The translations under genes and the position numbers were made by a program. Positions 58,586 to 64,000 of a stretch of DNA of 64,000 bases are shown one piece after another. The stretch is taken from contig JANHCV010000012.1 of assembly GCA_025594325.1 (NCBI GenBank), positions 1,240,001 to 1,304,000 of the forward strand. The letters run 5' to 3'. Positions within the stretch are counted from its first letter, which is position 1; every line of letters begins with the position of its first letter. The DNA comes from Blastocladiella emersonii ATCC 22665. Its lineage: Eukaryota; Fungi; Blastocladiomycota. A model generated the notes under the pieces. That model was not told the origin of the DNA. It saw only the letters and a list, made by a program, of their open reading frames with translations, and did not search any database.

Positions 58586-59310
58586 TCAGTTGCGGTAGAC
58601 GGGCGGCCTGCCGGCGCGGTTGTGCTGGATGCGGACGAACAGCCAGTCGACGGCGTCGCGGACGCCCGAACCCGTCAGCGCGACGCAGGGGAGCACTTTT
58701 GAGTCGCGCGCGCCCATCTGCAGCGCAATGTGGTTGAAGATCTCCTTGATCTGCTCGACGCGCATCGCGCCCGGCAGGTCCTGCTTGTTGGCGAGCATCA
58801 GCACGGGCAGGCCCTCGAGCGCGTCGTTGGTGATCATCTTGTCTATGTTCGTGGGTGAGGGTGTGAGTGGCGAGGGAGTGGGCGAGGCGGAGGAGGGGAA
58901 ACCAGCGCGCACCGAACGTTGCCTTGACCGCCTCGAGCCGCGCGACGTCCGTCGAGTCGACGACGAAGATGACGGCGTGGGCTTCCGAGTAGTACTTTTC
59001 CCAGATGCTGTGCAGCTCCTGCTGGCCGCCGAGGTCCCAGAAGTTGACGTTGACCTTGTCCATGGCGATCTTGCCGACTTTCCAGACGAGTGTCAGTCTC
59101 CTTGACCCAGTCTCACACAACCCGACACGCACTGTTCAGGCCGATCGTCGGCGCAATCTTCTCGGGCGACATGGCCATGACGCCCGTGAAGATGTGCTTG
59201 ATACGCTCGAGCAGCGTGGTCTTGCCCGCATTGTCGAGCCCGAGGATGATCACCGAGTACTCTTCCCGCCGCGTCCACAGCTTGTACAGGCCCGAGACTA
59301 GCGTATACAT
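58586..59310 (-). CDS. ARFRP1: ADP-ribosylation factor-related protein 1 (yeast Arl3), 2 introns
   Basis: MYTLVSGLYKLWTRREEYSVIILGLDNAGKTTLLE..PTIGLN|IG..FWDLGGQQEL..ANKQD. Confidence 0.95.
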
Positions 59311-59476
59311 TGCATCAAGTGAGGTGGAGGGTGGGGAGGGTGGGTGGCTCAGCCGGGGCGGGGCGGGGATGACTGCGGCACGGGCGGGCGGTCGCGCGCG
59401 TGCGTGGCACCGCCGCCACCGAGCGGGCGCGCGACGTTCATGTTGTTGCTCAGGGATGAATGTATTAGTGGTAGTT

Positions 59477-61049
59477 CTACTTGCGCGCCTTGGCGCCCTT
59501 GGCCTTGCTGCTGCTGCTGCTACTGCTGCCCGCGTCGCGCTTGGCCTTGGCCGGCCGTTCCGCAGCGGCGTCGCGCCGGCGCGGCTTCTTGCTCGCGTCG
59601 TCACCCTTCTCGCCGGCGTCCGTGTCCGCGTCGTCGGCGTCGGTGTCGAGCCCGCGCTTCTTCTTCATGTTGATGTCGCGCTTGGTCCCGAAGCCCGTTT
59701 CCTCGAGGTGCTACACACGGTGCACGCGCACAGGTCAGTCTCCGCCCCGCCACCACCCGCCATGGCGAACGTACCATGAGCGCCTCGCGCTTCGCAATGT
59801 TGACCTCGTTGAGCACGTCGAGCGTGTTGACCTCGTTCTCGTCGACGGGGTACTCCTCGAGCTTCTTACCGAGCTTCTCCTCGATGTTATGGACGACGTC
59901 GACGTCGCGCTCGCAGACGACCGACAGCGACATCCCGCCGCGCCCGGCGCGCGCGGTGCGGCCGACGCGGTGAATGTAGTCGGTGGCGCACGCGGGGATG
60001 TCGTAGTTGATGACGAGCTGGACCTTGGGGATATCGAGTCCACGCGACCCGACGTCGGTGGCGAGCAGGATGTCGACGACGTTGGACTTGAACTTGGCGA
60101 GCGACGCGACGCGCTCGGCCTGCGTCATGAAGCTGTGCAGGCCCGTGCACCGGATCCCGAAGTTCTGCAGCAGCGCGACGACGAGCGCGCACGTCCGGCA
60201 CCGCGACGTGAAGATGATCACCGACTTGTCCTTGAAGTCGTTCTTCATCAGGTGCACCAGGTACGCCTCCTTGACCGAGCTCGGCACAAAAATGTACCGC
60301 TGGTCGAGCTGCGCGTTGGCCTCGTACTTTTCGCTGCTGCGGTGGACAAACAGGTTCTTGAGCCCGGCCTCGCCGGACCCGTCGCCGATCAGCGCCTCGA
60401 TGCTCTTGGTCATGGTCGCCGAGAACAGCAGCGTCTGGCGGTCGGGCGCGAGCTGCGCGAACAGCGCCTCGAGATCGCTGCTGAACGTCGGGTGCAGCAG
60501 CCGGTCGGCCTCGTCGAGGACCAGGAACCGCGCGCGCTTCAGCGACATGCGCGTGCCCGAGTTGAGGTGGTCGACGAGCCGCCCGGGCGTCCCGATGATC
60601 ACGTGTGGGCGCTTCTCGAGCTCCAGCGCCTGCGCCATCATGTCCATGCCGCCCACGACGACCGCCTCGCGCAGGTTGATCCCCGTGCCGAGCGCGCGGA
60701 ACTGCTCCGCGATCTGGAACGCCAGCTCGCGCGTCGGCGTCAGGACCAGCGCGTACGGGCCGTACATGTCCTCGGCCAGGCGCTGGATGATGGGCAGCGC
60801 GAAGGCGGCCGTCTTGCCGCTCCCCGTCTTGGCGTTGCCGACCACATTCTTGCCTACACATAGGCGCAGGGTGCGTTGGTGGGCTGGATGGCGGAATTGG
60901 CGCGCGCTAGGCTACTCACCCTCGAGGATCGCCGGGATACACGCGCGCTGGATGTCGGACGGCGCCGAGATGGCCAGCGTGTCGAGCACGTCCGTCAGCC
61001 ACTTGGAGATGCCGAGCTCCTTGAACGTTGTTGGCGACTCGCTATCCAT
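59477..61049 (-). CDS. DBP8: DEAD-box RNA helicase DBP8/DDX49, 2 introns
   Basis: FKELG..PSDIQ; AKTGSGKTAAFALPI; LTPTRELAFQIAEQF; LDEADRLL; SAT; TDVGSRGLDIP; YIHRVGRTARAGR. Confidence 0.92.
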
Positions 61050-61210
61050 TTGCTTTCTTTACTTTCGCGTATCTCAGCTCCACCGTGATGGACGCGACGT
61101 CGATGACGACGATGGCGGCCCAGCTCACGTCGCGTGTGGCGCGGGTGCGACTCGAGTCAGCCACTCCCACGTGATCCGTCGCTACGCAACTTAACGCGTT
61201 GTATATTTCT

Positions 61211-62855
61211 TCACAGCTCGCCGCGCCCACCACTATTCCCGCGTGGCGCGCTGTACCGCGTAGCACGCTCATCCCGCGGCGGCCGCTCGCGGTCCCACTC
61301 CCGCCCACCACCGCCACCACGCGCAGCGAGCGCCTTGGCCGACGGCGCGGGCGCGTCGCCGAGCCCGGGCAGCGCCGCGACGCCGGCGCGCGGGTCGAGG
61401 ACCATGTACCCGTCGTCGTCGACGGTGGTACGCTGGCGCAGGTCCTTGCCGAGGTGGTCCTTGTCGAACTTGAGCCGGTGCGCGAGCCAGCCAGCGTCCG
61501 AGACCGCGGCGTCGCCGTCGGCGGGCGCGGAGAACGAGTCGGTGCACGACAGGCAGCCGGGGACCGAGTGCAGGACGCACGCGGGGAGGTCTTTGGTGGT
61601 GTGAGTGGATGGGGTGGAGGGGGAGGCGGGCGCGTCGTGCAGCTTGGACCGGAACGAGGCGAGCGCGGCCAGAATGTCGCCGCCGGATCGCGCCTTGGCG
61701 CGCTGTTTCGCGGCCAGCTTGGCCTTTTCGAGCTCGCGCACGGCTGAGCTCGGGTCGGGTTTCGCGGGCTTCGAGGGCTTGGCGGCGGAGGCGGCGGGAT
61801 TCGCGGGGGCGGCCGGGGTCTTGGTCTCGGGGGCGGTGGCGGCCGGGTTGGACTTGGCGAGGAGCTCGCTACGCGTGGTCAGCGGGTCGGGTGAGTTGGC
61901 GACGAGGAGGAGGAAGGTGAGAAGGGCGAACGTACGCACGCTGCTGTATCTGCTTGCGCATGGCGGCGGCAAAGTCGAGGTCGTCGCCGTCCTGGGCCGG
62001 TGCAGGCGCAGGCACGGGTGCAGGCGAGGGCGGGGCGGCCTTTTGCGGGGTACGTTTCCGCGGGCTCGGCGGGGGCATGGAGGTGCGCGTTGGCGATACG
62101 ACGGGTGCGGGAGCCGCGGGCTCGGCCTTGCGCTTCGGCGGCGGCAGCGCAGCCGCGTCCTCGGCGTCGGGGATGGCCGAGGGCGTCGGCTTCTTCTTCT
62201 TGGCGGGGACGGCGAGCGGGGTCTCCTCGTCGCCGAACGAGAGCATGGCGAGGCTGCGCTTGGTGGCCTTGCGGGCCTTGGGCGCGGCGGGTTCCGCTGC
62301 CGTTTTGGCGGTGGCGGAGCGGTTCATGGCCGAGATGTCGCGCGGGACAATGTCGTCGAACGGATTCTCGACGATCTCGGCGCCGAGGATCCGCGGCGGG
62401 TTGACGGGCCGCTCGGACGCGTCGGTGGGCTGGTCGGCCATATCGAGGACGTTGAACAGCGTGTCGCCGGCCACCCGCCCGAAAATGGTATGGCGGCCCT
62501 GCAGCTCGGGGGTCTTGTCGAGGGTGAAGAAGAACTGCGACCCGCCGTCGGCGAGGGCGACGAGGCCGCGGCGCGCGAACCGCAGCCGCTGGTGGGTCTC
62601 GACGGGCAGCTTCTCGCCCGAGGCCGACTCGCCGCCATGCCCCGTGCCGGTCGGGTCGCCGCCCTGCAGGATGAAGTTGGGGACGAGGCGGTGGAAGACG
62701 GTGTTGTCGTAGTAGCCGTCGAGCGCGAGCTGCACAAAGTTGCGCGCGGCGAGCGGCGACTCGCGCGCCCACAGCTCGATGTCGACGGGCCCGCGCGTCG
62801 TCTGCAGGACCACCTTGCCGCGGGTCACGGGCTCGGTGACGTAGCTCGATGACAT
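61211..62855 (-). CDS. CWC27: Spliceosome-associated cyclophilin CWC27, 1 intron
   Basis: MSSSYVTEPVTRGKVVLQTT.G.VDIELW..ESPLAARNFVQLALDGYYDNTVFHRLVPNFILQGGDPTGTG.GGES; C-terminal C.LH..C.SC..GWLAHRLKF. Confidence 0.93.
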
Positions 62856-63385
62856 GGTTCAGCGTTGCATAGCAGGATGGTGGAGAGAGAGGACGGGAAG
62901 CGAGCAGCGGGGCGCAAAGAAGCCCGAAAAGCGCGTTGAAACGGTCAGGTGCGCGGCACGTGCGGGCGAGTGACGCGTCGCCCAAGGTTTGCACGGGTCG
63001 GCGCGGGTGCGCGTTGGGCCACGCGTTGCGCCGCCGCGTGCCGCCGCGATAAGGGAGGGCAATCGCCCGTCCCTCTCGGAGCAACGCGAAGACTCGGACG
63101 GCTTTTCTCTCTGCAGCGCGAGATCGCGGCGTGTCTCTCCCACCCACGTTCCCACGCCGCACGCGCTCCCGCCGGCACACCCTGCCCCAACACTTCTCGC
63201 TGCCTGCAACGCGTTCCGAGACCGCCGCGGCCGCCCATCGCGCTCGCTCTCTCCCCGCCCGCCCTCGCTCTTGAACAGTGGGACCCCCCTGCGACGCCGT
63301 CCTCCTCCACGGCCAACCACCAACTGCACTCCACGCAACAACACCACACACGCATCGAACACCACCACCACCACCACCACCCGCC

Positions 63386-64000
63386 ATGTCGCCCATGTCG
63401 CTCCAGTCGACCAAGTTCAAGACGGGCGGCCGGTCCGAGGACGACCTGCGCAACCAGTACAACCACAAGCGGTACGCTGCTTCGCTCCCCAAAAACGACG
63501 CGTCGCCGACCACGCTAACCCCACGAAACCCGCGCGTCTAGCAACTACACGGGCCCGCCGCGCGACCAGCTGTCGCGCGTCAAGCGCGACGTGATCCAGC
63601 TGTGGCAGAAAATGTCGGTTGTGGACCCGAGCGACCTCGAGAACATCCAGCGGTCCATCATCAAGCACGCGACCTCGACGCTGGCCCGCACCGTGTTCAA
63701 CGTCGACAACTTTGCCGCCTACCAGGCCACGGCCCACTCGGTCCGCGACTTCCTCATCGAGCGCTGGAACGTGACCCAGCAGACGCACACGCTCAAGGAC
63801 CCGAAGCGCGTCTACTACATGTCGCTCGAGTTCCTGCTCGGCCGCTCGCTCGACAACGCCCTGCTCAACCTCAAGGTCAAGGAAAAGTACGGCACCGCCC
63901 TGCAGTCGCTCGGCTTCCGCATGGAGGACCTGATCCCCGAGGAGGAGGACGCGGCGCTCGGCAACGGCGGGCTCGGCCGACTCGCCGCCTGCTACATGGA
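63386..64000 (+). CDS. GPH1: Glycogen phosphorylase, 5' part (runs off the window)
   Basis: [57 protein letters not shown]. Confidence 0.97.

Overview
Eukaryotic, GC-rich, intron-containing DNA. Introns are mostly short, with GTRCG/GTGAG donors, CTRAC-like branch points and YAG acceptors. The gene content is fungal (trifunctional HIS4, glycogen phosphorylase, KIN17, SmE, PFA4-like DHHC, DBP8, CWC27, ARFRP1). Cilium-associated genes (PIH1D2-like, C2orf81-like) and F-box/ankyrin-like and LRR family relics suggest a flagellated early-diverging fungus, probably Blastocladiomycota or chytrid (inference). Conserved genes are interleaved with accessory DNA: (i) a decayed Helitron Rep region flanked by a >=0.9 kb inverted repeat, plus a 300-bp MITE; (ii) two secreted ricin-B lectin paralogs sharing an unrecognised Cys-rich C-terminal domain; (iii) decayed ankyrin-like paralogs; (iv) an inverted pair of membrane-protein paralogs; (v) an intronless giant-virus/phage-like tandem HNH + NUMOD1-like gene; (vi) a Myb/SANT-like ORF between direct repeats beside a 27-unit 26-bp array; (vii) a 4009-bp CACTA/EnSpm-type element whose removal restores an LRR-like reading frame. 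The most interesting protein is a coiled-coil + FixL-like PAS + guanylate cyclase. All family assignments come from recognising motifs by eye; no database search was run.
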